DNA of 64,000 bases, taken from NCBI GenBank assembly GCA_964016885.1, contig OZ024747.1, positions 24,180,001 through 24,244,000 on the forward strand, written 5' to 3'. Below, piece after piece: positions 13,901-26,477 of the stretch. How positions within the stretch are numbered: position 1 is the stretch's first letter; every line of letters begins with the position of its first letter. Below the pieces are notes generated by a model. It saw only the letters and a program-made list of their open reading frames with translations. It made no database searches and was not told the origin of the DNA. This DNA is from Eledone cirrhosa. Taxonomy: Eukaryota. Made by a program: the position numbers and the translations under genes.

Positions 13901-16332
13901 GTGTCACCATCTGTGTTACATGATAAATAACTGTCCAATGGTGTCACCATCTGTGTTACAGTATAAATAACTGTCCAATGGTGTCACCGTCTGTGTTACA
14001 GTATAAATAACTGTCCATTGGTCTCACCATCTGTGTTACATGATAAATAACTGTCCAATGGTGTCACCATCTGTGTTACAGTATAAATAACTGTCCAATG
14101 GTGTCACCATCTGTGTTACAGTATAAATAACTGTCCAATGGTGTCACCATCTGTGTTACAGTATAAATAACTGTCCAATGGTGTCACCATCTGTGCTACA
14201 TGATAAATAACTGTCCAATGGTGTTACCATCTGTGTTACAGTATAAATAACTGTCCAATGGTGTCACCATCTGTGTTACATGATAAATAACTGTCCAATG
14301 GTGTCACCATCTGTGTTACAGTATAAATAACTGTCCAATGGTGTCACCATCTGTGTTACATGATAAATAACTGTCCAATGATGTCACCATCTGTGTTACA
14401 GTATAAATAACTGCCCAATGGTGTCACCATCTGTGTTACAGTATAAATAACTGTCCAATGGTGTCACCATCTGTGTTACAGTATAAATAACTGTCCAATG
14501 GTGTCACCATCAGTGTTACAGTATAAATAACTGTCCAATGGTGTCACCATCTGTGTTACAGTATAAATAACTGTCCAATGGTGTCACCGTCTGTGTTACA
14601 GTATAAATAACTGTCCAATGGTGTCACCATCTGTGTTACAGTATAAATAACTGTCCAATGGTGTCACCATCTGTGTTACAGTATAAATAACTGTCCAATG
14701 GTGTCACCATCTGTGTTACAGTATAAATAACTGTCCAATGGTGTCACCATCTGTGTTACAGAATAAATAACTGTCCAATGGTGTCACCATCTGTGCTACA
14801 TGATAAATAACTGTCCAATGGTGTTACCATCTGTGTTACAGTATAAATAACTGTCCAATGGTGTCACCATCTGTGTTACATGATAAATAACTGTCCAATG
14901 GTGTCACCATCTGTGTTACAGTATAAATAACTGTCCAATGGTGTCACCATCTGTGTTACAGTATAAATAACTGTCCAATGATGTCACCATCTGTGTTACA
15001 GTATAAATAACTGCCCAATGGTGTCACCATCTGTGTTACAGTATAAATAACTGTCCAATGGTGTTACCATCTGTGCTATATGATAAATAACTGTCCAATG
15101 GTGTTACCATCTGTGTTACAGTATAAATAACTGTCCAATGGTGTTACCATCTGTGTTACAGTATAAATAACTGTCCAATGGTGTCACCATCTGTGTTACA
15201 TGATAAATAACTGTCCAATGGTGTCACCATCTGTGTTACAGTATAAATAACTGCCCAATGGTGTCACCATCTGTGTTACAGTATAAATAACTGCCCAATG
15301 GTGTCACCATCTGTGTTACAGTATAAATAACTGTCCAATGGTGTTACCATCTGTGCTATATGATAAATAACTGTCCAATGGTGTTACCATCTGTGTTACA
15401 GTATAAATAACTGTCCAATGGTGTTACCATCTGTGTTACAGTATAAATAACTGTCCAATGGTGTCACCATCTGTGTTACATGATAAATAACTGTCCAATG
15501 GTGTCACCATCTGTGTTACAGTATAAATAACTGCCCAATGGTGTCACCATCTGTGTTACAGTATAAATAACTGTCCAATGGTGTTACCATCTGTGCTATA
15601 TGATAAATAACTGTCCAATGGTGTTACCATCTGTGTTACAGTATAAATAACTGTCCAATGGTGTTACCATCTGTGTTACAGTATAAATAACTGTCCAATG
15701 GTGTCACCATCTGTGTTACAGTATAAATAACTGTCCAATGGTGTCACCATCTGTGTTACAGTATAAATAACTGTCCAATGGTGTCACCATCAGTGTTACA
15801 GTATAAATAACTGTCCAATGGTGTCACCATCTGTGTTACAGTATAAATAACTGTCCAATGGTGTCACCGTCTGTGTTACAGTATAAATAACTGTCCAATG
15901 GTGTCACCATCTGTGTTACAGTATAAATAACTGTCCAATGGTGTCACCATCTGTGTTACAGTATAAATAACTGTCCAATGGTGTCACCATCTCTGCTACA
16001 TGATAAATAACTGTCCAATGGTGTCACTATCTGTGTTACATGATAAATAACTGTCCAATGGTGCCACCATCTGTGTTACAGTATAAATAACTGTCCAATG
16101 GTGTCACCGTCTGTGTTACAGTATAAATAACTGTCCAATTGTGTCACCATCTGTGTTACATGATAAATAACTGTCCAATGGTGTCACCATCTGTGTTACA
16201 TTATAAATAACTGTCCAATGGTGTCACCATCTGTGTTACAGTATAAATAACTGTCCAATGGTGTCACCATCTGTGTTACATGATAAATAACTGTCCAATG
16301 GTGTCACCATCTGTGTTACAGTATAAATAACT
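10905..16332. repeat. Tandem satellite with 40-bp and 38-bp units
   Basis: Units GTATAAATAACTGTCCAATGGTGTCACCATCTGTGTTACA (40) and GTATAAATAACTGTGTTGGTGACACCATCTGTGTTACA (38), about 5.4 kb. Confidence 0.98.
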
Positions 16333-16359
16333 TGTGGTACTTGTCTGTTGTTATTCCAG

Positions 16360-16508
16360 TACAAAATTGGTCAGCTGTACATGATAGCCAAACATAGCCA
16401 TGAACAAAGTGAAAGTGGTGAAGGTGTTGAGGTAGTTAAGAATGAACCATGTGAACATCCAGTCCATGGTACTGGTCAGTATACAGAGAAACGGATACAT
16501 CTGTCCAG
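16360..16508 (+). CDS. PITPNC1: PITPNC1/RdgB-beta coding exon 2 (YKIGQLYMIAKHSHEQSESGEGVEVVKNEPCEHPVHGTGQYTEKRIHLS)
   Basis: ttccag acceptor and gtaagt donor, 149 nt. The translation closely matches the N-terminal PITP domain of vertebrate PITPNC1 (YKIGQLYMISKHSHEQS..GEGVEVV.NEP...GQFTEKR). Confidence 0.96.
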
Positions 16509-16627
16509 GTAAGTTATTTCTAATGGAACATACTGCCTGTCATTTTCAAATCATTTAAAAAATAAAGTATTTGAAGAAATTTACTAATGTAACTTGCTGA
16601 TTATTAAGCTGGTGTTTGGGTCATAAC

Positions 16628-16850
16628 TTAAACCTTTAACATTTGCATTATTCTATAATTACCATTGTATTTTCACAGTAAACACTTTATTTCACATAAT
16701 TATCTCACATAATATCGAATCTACTAGATGTTGATATTATTTATTTTGAGAACAATACCGTAACATCAGTATAAAGGGCCAGTTACAGCCGGTTTGAACA
16801 GGTGACAGAATTCTGGCTGGATATGGCCAGTTTAAATGCTAAAGGGTTAA
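16628..16850. mobile_element. TTAA MITE family A
   Basis: Same body, ending taaatgctaaagggttaa. Confidence 0.8.
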
Positions 16851-17695
16851 CAAAAGATTGAGAGGACTCTGCAGTTGTGTCAAGGACATGACAATCTCTC
16901 TAGTGCTAGTACCATGATAAATGCACTCAATACACTTTGTAAAGTTGCTGATGTTAGGAATGGCATCCAGCTGTAGAAATCATACCAAAATTGGAATGTA
17001 TGTATGTGAGTCATGGAACCCAGCCAGTCTAGGAACTCAGCAGCACTGATTAAGTAGACTTGATATATAATTGGGACAAGGCCAGCAATTACCCCAGTGC
17101 ATTACTGCTGCTTTATTTTATTGACTCCATAAGGATGAAAGGTAAAATTAACCATGGCAGGATTTAAACCCATCCAACACATGCTTAGATGATAAAATGG
17201 AATATTATAATGATAAACAATCCCATAAAAATGGAAGGAACTAATCCTTAAATCTGAATAAAGAAATTAAGTTTCCATTGGTCTTTATTTTGCTGATACT
17301 ATCTGCCAGTTGCAACTCCTGACAGAAATGTTGCAATTACTCATGTGACAGGAGGTAAAATTTGAACTCAGAATGCATGGAGTTGGAACAGATTTGAAAC
17401 AGATACAACAAAGCATCCATTTTAATGCTTTAACAATTCTGCAAACTCACTCCACTGGACTGGGACTTTATTTATTGAGTCCAAGAGGATGAAAGGCAAA
17501 GTTAACTTTGGTGGGATTTGAACTCAGAATACAGACATACAGAACAGTCATTTAATCTTACTCTCTAACATCTCTGCCTATTTGCTGTAAACCTCTTTTA
17601 ATGTAATCCTATAAGTACCACTGGTCTTTTTAATCCTATATATATCACTAGCTTAAATATCATTTTTTTTGTCTATTTTCTTATTTTATTCTTAG

Positions 17696-17784
17696 TCGGC
17701 TTCCAGGTTGGGTGCAAAGTCTTATTCCGCGAATCTTCTATGTCACTGAACGAGCATGGAATTTCTTCCCCCATACTATCACAG
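17696..17784 (+). CDS. PITPNC1: PITPNC1 coding exon 3 (S-RLPGWVQSLIPRIFYVTERAWNFFPHTIT-E)
   Basis: Pyrimidine tract plus cttag acceptor, gtatgt donor, 89 nt, in phase with exon 2. Matches KLPSWARAVVPKIFYVTEKAWNYYPYTIT. Confidence 0.96.
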
Positions 17785-17929
17785 GTATGTTATTTGGCTG
17801 GTTTATTTTGCCATCTCTCATAAACATAAGATATCTAGTGAATAACCCATGGATTGACTGAAGGTTGGTCTCCTGTGAAAACAGTTTTAATGTGATCTTG
17901 GGGCCTTGATAGATTTGTGAATGTCAGAC

Positions 17930-18122
17930 TCCATAGTACACAGTGTGATATCTACTATATTACATAGTGTGAGATATTCACAATGTTACACAATTTGATT
18001 TCAACCATAGTTCATTATTTAATATCCACCATAGTACATAGTGTGATATCAACCATAGTATACAGTGTGATATCAACCATAGTACATTATTTGATATCCA
18101 CCATGGTACACAGTGTGATATC
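17930..18122. repeat. 24-bp tandem repeat
   Basis: ccatagtacacagtgtgatatcaa-like units. Confidence 0.8.
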
Positions 18123-18689
18123 AAATCCCATCTCATTTGGCCAGGAGTTGCAACAGACAGATAGCATCAGCAATGTAAAGACCAATGAGAGCATAGTTTC
18201 CTTGGTCTGATCTCATGATTGGCTTCTTTCCTGACAGCAATGCAAATAGAACAACTCATGCCTGTGTAGGTTTAGCTGGCTTCCTATGAGATTGCATTTC
18301 AGAGAAAGTTTTTTTTGTATTTTAATGACAAGGGCCTCAGCTTCATCATGAAAAGCAATGTGAAATGAAGCACCATATTCAAGAACACAATATCCATTTG
18401 ATCCCTAATATTATGATTATAAGTCTAACACCTAAACCACCAGGCCATGCTCATTCTCAAATAGAACATTAAATATTAAAAATAACAAAGGTGATAAAAT
18501 GTTAACTTGGTAATGTTTCATTAGTCCTTTATATTTCAGAAATCCCTTTTAAAAATCCTGTTTCTTCCACTTTCTACAACCCTTCAAGTAAACTACAACA
18601 TTCTTCTATCCCTTATGTTGTGTTTAATCTTTCTTATTCCATTGTCTTCTGATCATCACATGAACTATTTCAACTGACTGGATATGAAG

Positions 18690-18697
18690 AATATACA
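18690..18697 (+). CDS. PITPNC1: PITPNC1 8-nt microexon AATATACA (completes E, adds Y-T)
   Basis: aag|AATATACA|gtaagt. It is needed to join the phase-1 end of exon 3 to phase-0 exon 5 and gives TIT-EYT-CSFLPKF, as in PITPNC1. Confidence 0.88.
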
Positions 18698-18742
18698 GTA
18701 AGTAAACTGTTGTTTCTTATGACTAAATATAACACTTAGCTA

Positions 18743-18852
18743 TCCCGCCGAGGTTAACTTTGCCTTTCATCCTTATGGGGTCGATAAAATAAAGTACCAG
18801 TAATACACTGGGTATTTGCTGGCCTTGTGCCAAAAGTAGAAACAATTATTTA
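18743..18852 (+). mobile_element. 5'-truncated SINE, same family
   Basis: atcccgccgaggttaactttgcctttcatcc...gtagaaacaattatt. Confidence 0.82.
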
Positions 18853-18914
18853 TTACAATGATGGTGGTGATGATAATCATCATCAACAGCATTTTTGTGT
18901 CTGTTTTTCCATGA

Positions 18915-21900
18915 TGGCTGGGAGGTGTGATGGAGGTTATAAGGTGTAGTATTAGTTGGGAGGTGTAGTGGAGGCTGGGTGGTGTAGTGGAGGTTGTGTG
19001 GTGTAGTGGAGGTTGTGTGGTGTAGTGGAGGTTGTGTGGTGTAGTGGAGGTTAGGTGGTGTAGTGGAGGTTGTGTGGTGTAGTGGAGGTTAGGTGGTGTA
19101 GTGGAGGTTAGGAGGTGTAGTGGAGGTTAGGTGGTGTGGTGGAGGCTAGGTGGTGTAGTGGAGGTTAGGTGGTGTGGTGGAGGCTAGGTGGTGTAGTGGA
19201 GGCTAGGTGGTGTAGTGGAGGTTAGGTGGTGTGGTGGAGGCTATGTGGTGTGGTGGAGGCTAGGTGGTGTGGTGGAGGCTAGGTGGTGTAGTGGAGGTTG
19301 GGTGGTATAGTGGAGGTTGGGTGGTGTGGTGGAGGCTAGGTGGTGTGGTGGAGGCTAGGTGGTGTGGTGGAGGCTAGGTGGTATAGTGGAGGTTAGGTGG
19401 TGTGGTGGAGGCTAGGTGGTGTGGTGGAGGCTAGGTGGTGTGGTGGAGGCTAGGTGGTGTGGCGGAGGCTAGGTGGTGTGGCGGAGGCTAGGTGGTGTGG
19501 CGGAGGCTAGGTGGTGTGGCGGAGGCTAGGTGGTGTGGTGGAGGCTAGGTGGTGTAGTGGAGGCTGGGTGGTGTAGTGGAGGTTGGGTGGTGTGGTGGAG
19601 GCTAGGTGGTGTGGTGGAGGCTAGGTGGTGTGGTGGAGGCTAGGTGGTGTGGTGGAGGTTAGGTGGTGTGGTGGAGGCTAGGTGGTGGAGGCTAGGTGGT
19701 GTGGTGGAGGCTAGGTGGTGTGGTGGAGGCTAGGTGGTGTGGTGGAGGCTAGGAGGTGTAGTGGAGGCTAGGTGGTGTAGTGGAGGTTGGGTGGTGTGGT
19801 GTGGTGGAGGCTAGGTGGTGTAGTGGAGGTTAGGTGGTGTAGTGGAGGCTAGGTGGTGTAGTGGAGGTTGGGTGGTATAGTGGAGGTTGGGTGGTGTGGT
19901 GGAGGCTAGGTGGTGTGGTGGAGGCTAGGTGGTGTGGTGGAGGCTAGGTGGTATAGTGGAGGTTAGGTGGTGTGGTGGAGGCTAGGTGGTGTGGTGGAGG
20001 CTAGGTGGTGTGGTGGAGGCTAGGTGGTGTGGTGGAGGCTAGGTGGTGTGGCGGAGGCTAGGTGGTGTGGTGGAGGCTAGGTGGTGTGGTGGAGGCTAGG
20101 TGGTGTAGTGGAGGCTGGGTGGTGTAGTGGAGGTTGGGTGGTGTAGTGGAGGTTAGGTGGTGTGGTGGAGGCTAGGTGGTGTGGTGGAGGCTAGGTGGTG
20201 TGGTGGAGGCTAGGTGGTGTGGTGGAGGCTAGGTGGTGTGGTGGAGGTTAGGTGGTGTGGTGGAGGCTAGGTGGTGTGGTGGAGGCTAGGTGGTGTGGTG
20301 GAGGTTAGGTGGTGTGGTGGAGGCTAGGTGGTGTGGTGGAGGCTAGGTGGTGTGGTGGAGGCTAGGTGGTGTGGTGGAGGCTAGGAGGTGTAGTGGAGGC
20401 TAGGTGGTGTAGTGGAGGTTGGGTGGTGTGGTGAGGCTAGGTGGTGTGGTGGAGGCTAGGTGGTGTAGTGGAGGTTAGGTGGTGTAGTGGAGGTTAGGTG
20501 GTATAGTGGAGGTTAGGTGGTGTGGTGGAGGTTAGGTGGTGTGGTGGAGGCTGGGTGGTGTGGTGGAGGCTAGGTGGTGTGGTGGAGGCTAGGTGGTGTG
20601 GTGGAGGCTAGGTGGTGTAGTGGCGGTTAGGTGGTGTGGTGGAGGCTGGGTGGTGTAGTGGAGGTTGGGTGGTGTGGTGGAGGTTGGGTGGTGTGGTGGA
20701 GGCTAGGTGGTGTGGTGGAGGTTGTGTGGTGTAGTGGAGGTTGTGTGGTGTAGTGGAGGTTAGGTGGTGTGGTGGAGGCTAGGTGGTGTGGTGGAGGCTA
20801 GGTGGTGTAGTGGAGGTTAGGTGATGTGGTGGAGGCTAGGTGGTGTGGTGGAGGTTAGGTGGTGTAGTGGAGGCTAGGTGGTGTGGTGTAGTGGAGGCTA
20901 GGTGGTGTGGTGGAGGTTAGGTGGTGTAGTGGAGGCTAGGTGGTGTGGTGGAGGCTAGGTGGTGTAGTGGAGGCTAGGTGGTGTGGTGGAGGCTAGGTGG
21001 TGTAGTGGAGGCTAGGTGGAGTGGTGGAGGCTAGGTGGTGTAGTGGAGGTTGGGTGGTGTGGTGGAGGCTAGGTGGTGTAGTGGAGGCTAGGTGGTGTAG
21101 TGGAGGTTAGGTGGTATAGTGGAGGCTAGGTGGTGTGGTGGAGGCTAGGTGGTGTAGTGGAGGTTAGGTGGTGTGGTGGAGGCTAGATGGTGTAGTGGAG
21201 GTTGGGTGGTGTGGTGGAGGCTAGGTGGTGTAGTGGAGGTTAGGTGGTATAGTGGAGGCTAGGTGGTATAGTGGAGGCTAGGTGGTGTGGTGGAGGCTAG
21301 GTGGTGTAGTGGAGGTTGGGTGGTGTGGTGGAGGCTAGGTGGTGCAGTGGAGGCTAGGTGGTGTAGTGGAGGCTAGGTGGTGTGGTGGAGGCTAGGTGGT
21401 GTGGTGGAGGTTAGGTGGTGTAGTGGAGGTTAGGTGGTGTGGTGGAGGTTAGGTGGTGTGGTGGAGGTTAGGTGGTGCAGTGGAGGTTGGGTGGTATAGT
21501 GGAGGCTAGGTGGTGTGGTGGAGGCTAGGTGGTGTAGTGGAGGCTAGGTGGTGTGGTGGAGGCTAGATGGTGTGGTGGAGGCTAGGTGGTGTAGCGGAGG
21601 CTAGGTGGTGTGGCGGAGGCTAGATGGTGTGGTGGAGGTTAGGTGGTGTGGTGGAGGTTAGGTGGTGTGGTGGAGGTTAGGTGGTGTGGTGGAGTCTAGG
21701 TGGTGTAGTGGAGGCTAGGTGGTGTGGTGGAGGCTAGGTGGTGTAGTGGAGGTTAGGTGGTGTGGTGGAGGTTAGGTGGTGTGGTGGAGGCTAGGTGGTG
21801 TAGTGGAGGGTAGGTGGTGTAGTGGAGGCTAGGTGGTGTGGTGGAGGCTAGGTGGTGTGGTGGAGGCTAGGTGGTGTAGTGGAGGCTAGGTGGTGTAGTG

Positions 21901-23393
21901 GAGGTTAGGTGGTGTGGTGGAGGTTAGGTGGTGTGGTGGAGGCTAGGTGGTGTAGTGGAGGGTAGGTGGTGTAGTGGAGGGTAGGTGGTGTAGTGGAGGC
22001 TAGATGGTGTGGTGGAGGCTAGGTGGTGTAGTGGAGGCTAGGTGGTGTGGTGGAGGTTAGGTGGTGTGGTGGAGGTTAGGTGGTGTGGTGGAGGCTAGGT
22101 GGTGTAGTGGAGGGTAGGTGGTGTAGTGGAGGCTATGTGGTGTGGTGGAGGCTAGATGGTGTGGTGAAGGTTAGGTGGTGTGGTGGAGGTTAGGTGGTGT
22201 GGTGGAGGCTAGGTGGTGTGGTGGAGGCTAGGTGGTGTAGTGGAGGGTAGGTGGTGTGGTGGAGGCTAGATGGTGTAGTGGAGGGTAGGTGGTGTAGTGG
22301 AGGTTAGGTGGTGTGGTGGAGGCTAGGTGGTGTGGTGGAGGCTAGGTGGTGTGGTGGAGGTTAGGTGGTGTGGTGGAGGCTAGATGGTGTAGTGGAGGCT
22401 AGATGGTGTAGTGGAGGTTAGGTGGTGTGGTGGAGGCTAGGTGGTGTGGTGAAGGCTAGGTGGTGTGGTGGAGGTTAGGTGGTGTGGTGGAGGCTAGATG
22501 GTGTAGTGGAGGCTAGATGGTGTAGTGGAGGTTAGGTGGTGTGGTGGAGGCTAGGTGGTGTGGTGAGGCTAGGTGGTGTGGTGGAGGCTAGGTGGTGTAG
22601 TGGAGGTTAGGTGGTGTAGTGGAGGTTAGGTGGTATAGTGGTTAGGTGGTGTGGTGGAGGCTGGGTGGTGTGGTGGAGGCTGGGTGGTGTGGTGGAGGCT
22701 AGGTGGTGTGGTGGAGGCTAGGTGGTGTAGTGGCGGTTAGGTGGTGTGGTGGAGGCTGGGTGGTGTAGTGGAGGCTAGGTGGTGTGGTGGAGGCTAGGAG
22801 GTGTGGTGGAGGCTAGGTGGTGTGGTGGAGGTTAGGTGGTGTGGTGGAGGCTAGATGGTGTAGTGGAGGCTAGATGGTGTAGTGGAGGTTAGGTGGTGTG
22901 GTGGAGGTTAGGTGGTGTGGTGGAGGCTAGGTGGTGTAGTGGAGGTTAGGTGGTGTGGTGGAGGTTAGGTGGTGTGGTGGAGGCTAGGTGGTGTGGTGGA
23001 GGCTAGATGGTGTAGTGGAGGTTAGGTGGTGTGGTGGAGGCTAGGTGGTGTGGTGGAGGCTAGGTGGTGTGGTGGAGGTTAGGTGGTGTGGTGGAGGCTA
23101 GATGGTGTAGTGGAGGCTAGATGGTGTAGTGGAGGTTAGGTGGTGTGGTGGAGGTTAGGTGGTGTGGTGGAGGCTAGATGGTGTAGTGGAGGCTAGATGG
23201 TGTAGTGGAGGTTAGGTGGTGTGGTGGAGGTTAGGTGGTGTGGTGGAGGCTAGGTGGTGTGGTGGAGGCTAGGTGGTGTGGTGGAGGTTAGGTGGTGTGG
23301 TGGAGGTTGGGTGGTGTGGTGGAGGTTAGGTGGTGTAGTGGAGGTTAGGTGGTGTGGTGGAGGTTAGGTGGTGTGGTGGAGGCTAGGTGGTGT
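18915..23393. repeat. 19-bp G-rich minisatellite
   Basis: Unit GGTGGTGT(G/A)GTGGAGG(C/T)TA, about 4.5 kb, in PITPNC1 intron 4. Confidence 0.98.
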
Positions 23394-23448
23394 AACATAT
23401 TTCCCAGTGGTTATATCAATCACTTGAACATTATCACATTATTTATAA

Positions 23449-23633
23449 TGAATTGGCAGTATCGGTAGAGGGTCGGACGCCATGCTTTGACATAGACTTA
23501 CGGCCCTTGCCATTCTGCGTTCAAATCCCGCCGAGGTTAACTTTGCCTTTCATCCTTACGGGGTCGATAAAATAAAGTACCAGTAATGCACTGGGTAATT
23601 GCTGGCCTTGTGCCAAAAAGTAGAAACAATTAT
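23449..23633 (+). mobile_element. tRNA-derived SINE, same family
   Basis: A-box ttggcagtatcgg, B-box gttcaaatcc, core and tail. Confidence 0.88.
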
Positions 23634-23680
23634 TTATAAACCTTCTTTATTAACCTTCTTTACTGTACTGAGGATTTTAT

Positions 23681-23740
<60 letters not shown>

Positions 23741-23828
23741 TATATACGACCAAACCCATGCAAGTGTGGAAGATGGACGTTAAACGATGATGATGATGAT
23801 GTATATATATACACACATACACACATAC

Positions 23829-23868
<40 letters not shown>

Positions 23869-23878
23869 TTATGCACAT

Positions 23879-23919
<41 letters not shown>

Positions 23920-23920
23920 T

Positions 23921-23991
<71 letters not shown>

Positions 23992-24116
23992 TACACACAT
24001 ATATATATATATACATACACACACACATATATATATATATATATACATGCACACACACATATATATATATATATATATACATGCACACATGCATATATAT
24101 ATATATATATACATAC

Positions 24117-24164
<48 letters not shown>

Positions 24165-24178
24165 GTATGTGTCTGTGT
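23681..24178. repeat. Compound (TA)/(CA) microsatellite with a (GAT)n-tailed retroposon end
   Basis: Direct reading. Confidence 0.95.
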
Positions 24179-24481
24179 AATAGGATTAAACAGATAGCTT
24201 CACACATGATCATAATGTGAAGGTTACATTATGTTTTCTGATGAGTGAAGGACAGTTTGGTGAGTGGAGGGTAGATTATATGAGTGAAGGTAGTTAGTAG
24301 GACAAGAAGTTTCCTTCCGGTTTGAATTGAAAAAAAAAATGAAAATAAAAGCCAGTACCATGCAGCTGTTAAGGTTTTACAGTTCTTAAATGTTCTCAGT
24401 GGTCAAAGCATGAACATCGCCACATCTCTATATATCTGATTAGTTATGTTTATATAAGATAACATTATTTTCTTTTTCCAG

Positions 24482-24553
24482 TGTTCATTCCTTCCTAAAT
24501 TCTCTGTCTACATTGAGACCCGTTATGAAAATAATGCCGGAACATCAGATAAT
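24482..24553 (+). CDS. PITPNC1: PITPNC1 coding exon 5 (CSFLPKFSVYIETRYENNAGTSDN)
   Basis: ttttctttttccag acceptor, gtaaga donor, 72 nt. Matches CSFLPKFSIHIETKYEDNKGSND. Confidence 0.96.
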
Positions 24554-25683
24554 GTAAGAATGCTTTTATTTTTTATTCTTTTATTGGTTTCAGTATTTAG
24601 ACTATGGTATGCTGAGGCACCAACTTGAAGGAATTTAGTCAGCCATATCAACACCAGTACTTATTTCATTTTTTTCAAGTCTAGTCCTTTTTTTTGTCAA
24701 TCTGTTGAGTTACAGGACATAAACAAACAGTAATTGTAAACAGAGATACATACACACATATATATGCACATATACACACATATATGCATATATACACACA
24801 TATATATGCACATACACACACACAGACACATGTGAGTGCATCACAGGCTTCAACACTGCTTCTTTCTAACAAACTTCACTCACAAGGAATTGATCAACAT
24901 GAAGCTATTGTAGAAGACACTTGTCTAAGGTGCCACAAAGTGGGACTGAATCCCAAACTATGTAGTTGTGAAACAAACACCTTAAATCTTAACATCCATG
25001 TTAATGAATTTAGCAGAACATATCTATAAATGGGTTTGTTAATTCAAATGTTTATAGAATAATTACTAGTGGCCAGGTTGTTGTGAAAATTTGCAGTATT
25101 AAATTAAAGACTTCAATTTTTAATGACACCGTTATAGTGCTGTTTTGTACTTTTTAAGAATGTTTTGCTAATGTGGTTTCATGTGGTATAGGATGCTAGA
25201 AGTTAACTATACAGCATCCGACTGTAAAACGCATGTGTGTGTATGTGCATATGCATACATTTATATGTATGAGTATATAAATATAAACATGCAAACACAG
25301 ACACACTTACAAACATACACACTCACAGACATACATTCACACAAACACACACAGGCAGCAGATGTAAAGAGAGAGGAGTGGTATGAGGTAGTCAAACTAT
25401 TCCTCTCTCTTTACATGTTGTGACAGAATCGCAGAAATTTATATATAGATATATATAATGCTGGAGTAAGGATGAAGAGTATGTATACGCACACACATAT
25501 ACATACATACACACACCCATGCTAGCGTGAAAGATAGACGTTAAATGATGATGAGGATGTTGATATATATATAACATGTTGATATATAGCTAACCTCATA
25601 CTGCCTGCTTTTTATTATATTATTTATTATTATATAGATATATATATATATATATATAAAACAATGTTTGATCTTATTTTCAG

Positions 25684-25782
25684 TGCATTGATCTTGATGC
25701 TGATGATTTAGAACAGCGAGAGGTGGATGTTATTGACATTGTCATGGAAGAAGTGGCAGAACATCACTATAAACCAGAGGAG
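25684..25782 (+). CDS. PITPNC1: PITPNC1 coding exon 6 (CIDLDADDLEQREVDVIDIVMEEVAEHHYKPEE)
   Basis: ttttcag acceptor, gttagt donor, 99 nt. Has the REV..IDI...E....YK..E pattern of PITPs. Confidence 0.93.
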
Positions 25783-26035
25783 GTTAGTTTGGTGGCTTTA
25801 CATCTTATCATCATCATCATTACCATTACCACCATCACATACATTCATACATAAATGCAACAAAATCCTCACATTAGTCCCTCATAAACCATAATAATAA
25901 TTTTTATTATTATTCACATCCAAGGTTAGCTTTATCTTTCATCTTTACAGGTTCAGTTTAATCAACTTTCCTTTACCCCCAAATTATTGGCCTAGTGCCT
26001 AAATCAGAAACCATTATTATTTTGGCATTCTATAT

Positions 26036-26477
26036 GTCTGGCAATGGACTTGGTAAATACCCACAAAGATATTAACCATCTCGCCAACAACAACCCTGAG
26101 CACCTTTTTGATCTCCATGTGTCTAACACACGTGGACATGCCTACAAAATCAGAAAACAGCACAGCTCCCATGACTTTCGTAGACATTTTTTCACGCTCA
26201 GAGTTGCTGAAGCATGGAACAAACTGCCTGCATCAGTTGTTAGCTGCTGAGACACTACATCCTTTAAGACACTCATGCTTCCCGAAATACGCCAAAACTA
26301 CACCTGATGTACCCCTTCCATACACATGCACACGTGTATATCATGACTCATGCACTGTTCATTTTCCTGACGTTTGTACATTACCCTATGTACTATACAT
26401 ACACTTTTTGATGAGTTGTAGTGCACCTGAGCACTGTACACAATATTTCATTATTATTATTATTATTATTATTATTA
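26036..26477 (+). mobile_element. 3' fragment of the same CR1/L2 family
   Basis: Encodes DLVNTHK...SNTRGHAYKIRKQHSSHDFRRHFFTLRVAEAWNKLPASVVSC, matching the ORF2 C-terminus. Has the same 3' stem-loop and (ATT)n tail. Confidence 0.92.

Noticed and set aside
10905-16332. CRISPR-like appearance (palindromic repeat of 38-40 bp)
   Set aside because: Units are head-to-tail with no unique spacers, there are no cas genes, and the context is a eukaryotic intron.
18915-23393. Telomeric array or recursive-splice sites
   Set aside because: TTAGG occurs only within a 19-bp unit, not in tandem, and the TAG|GT motifs lack polypyrimidine tracts.
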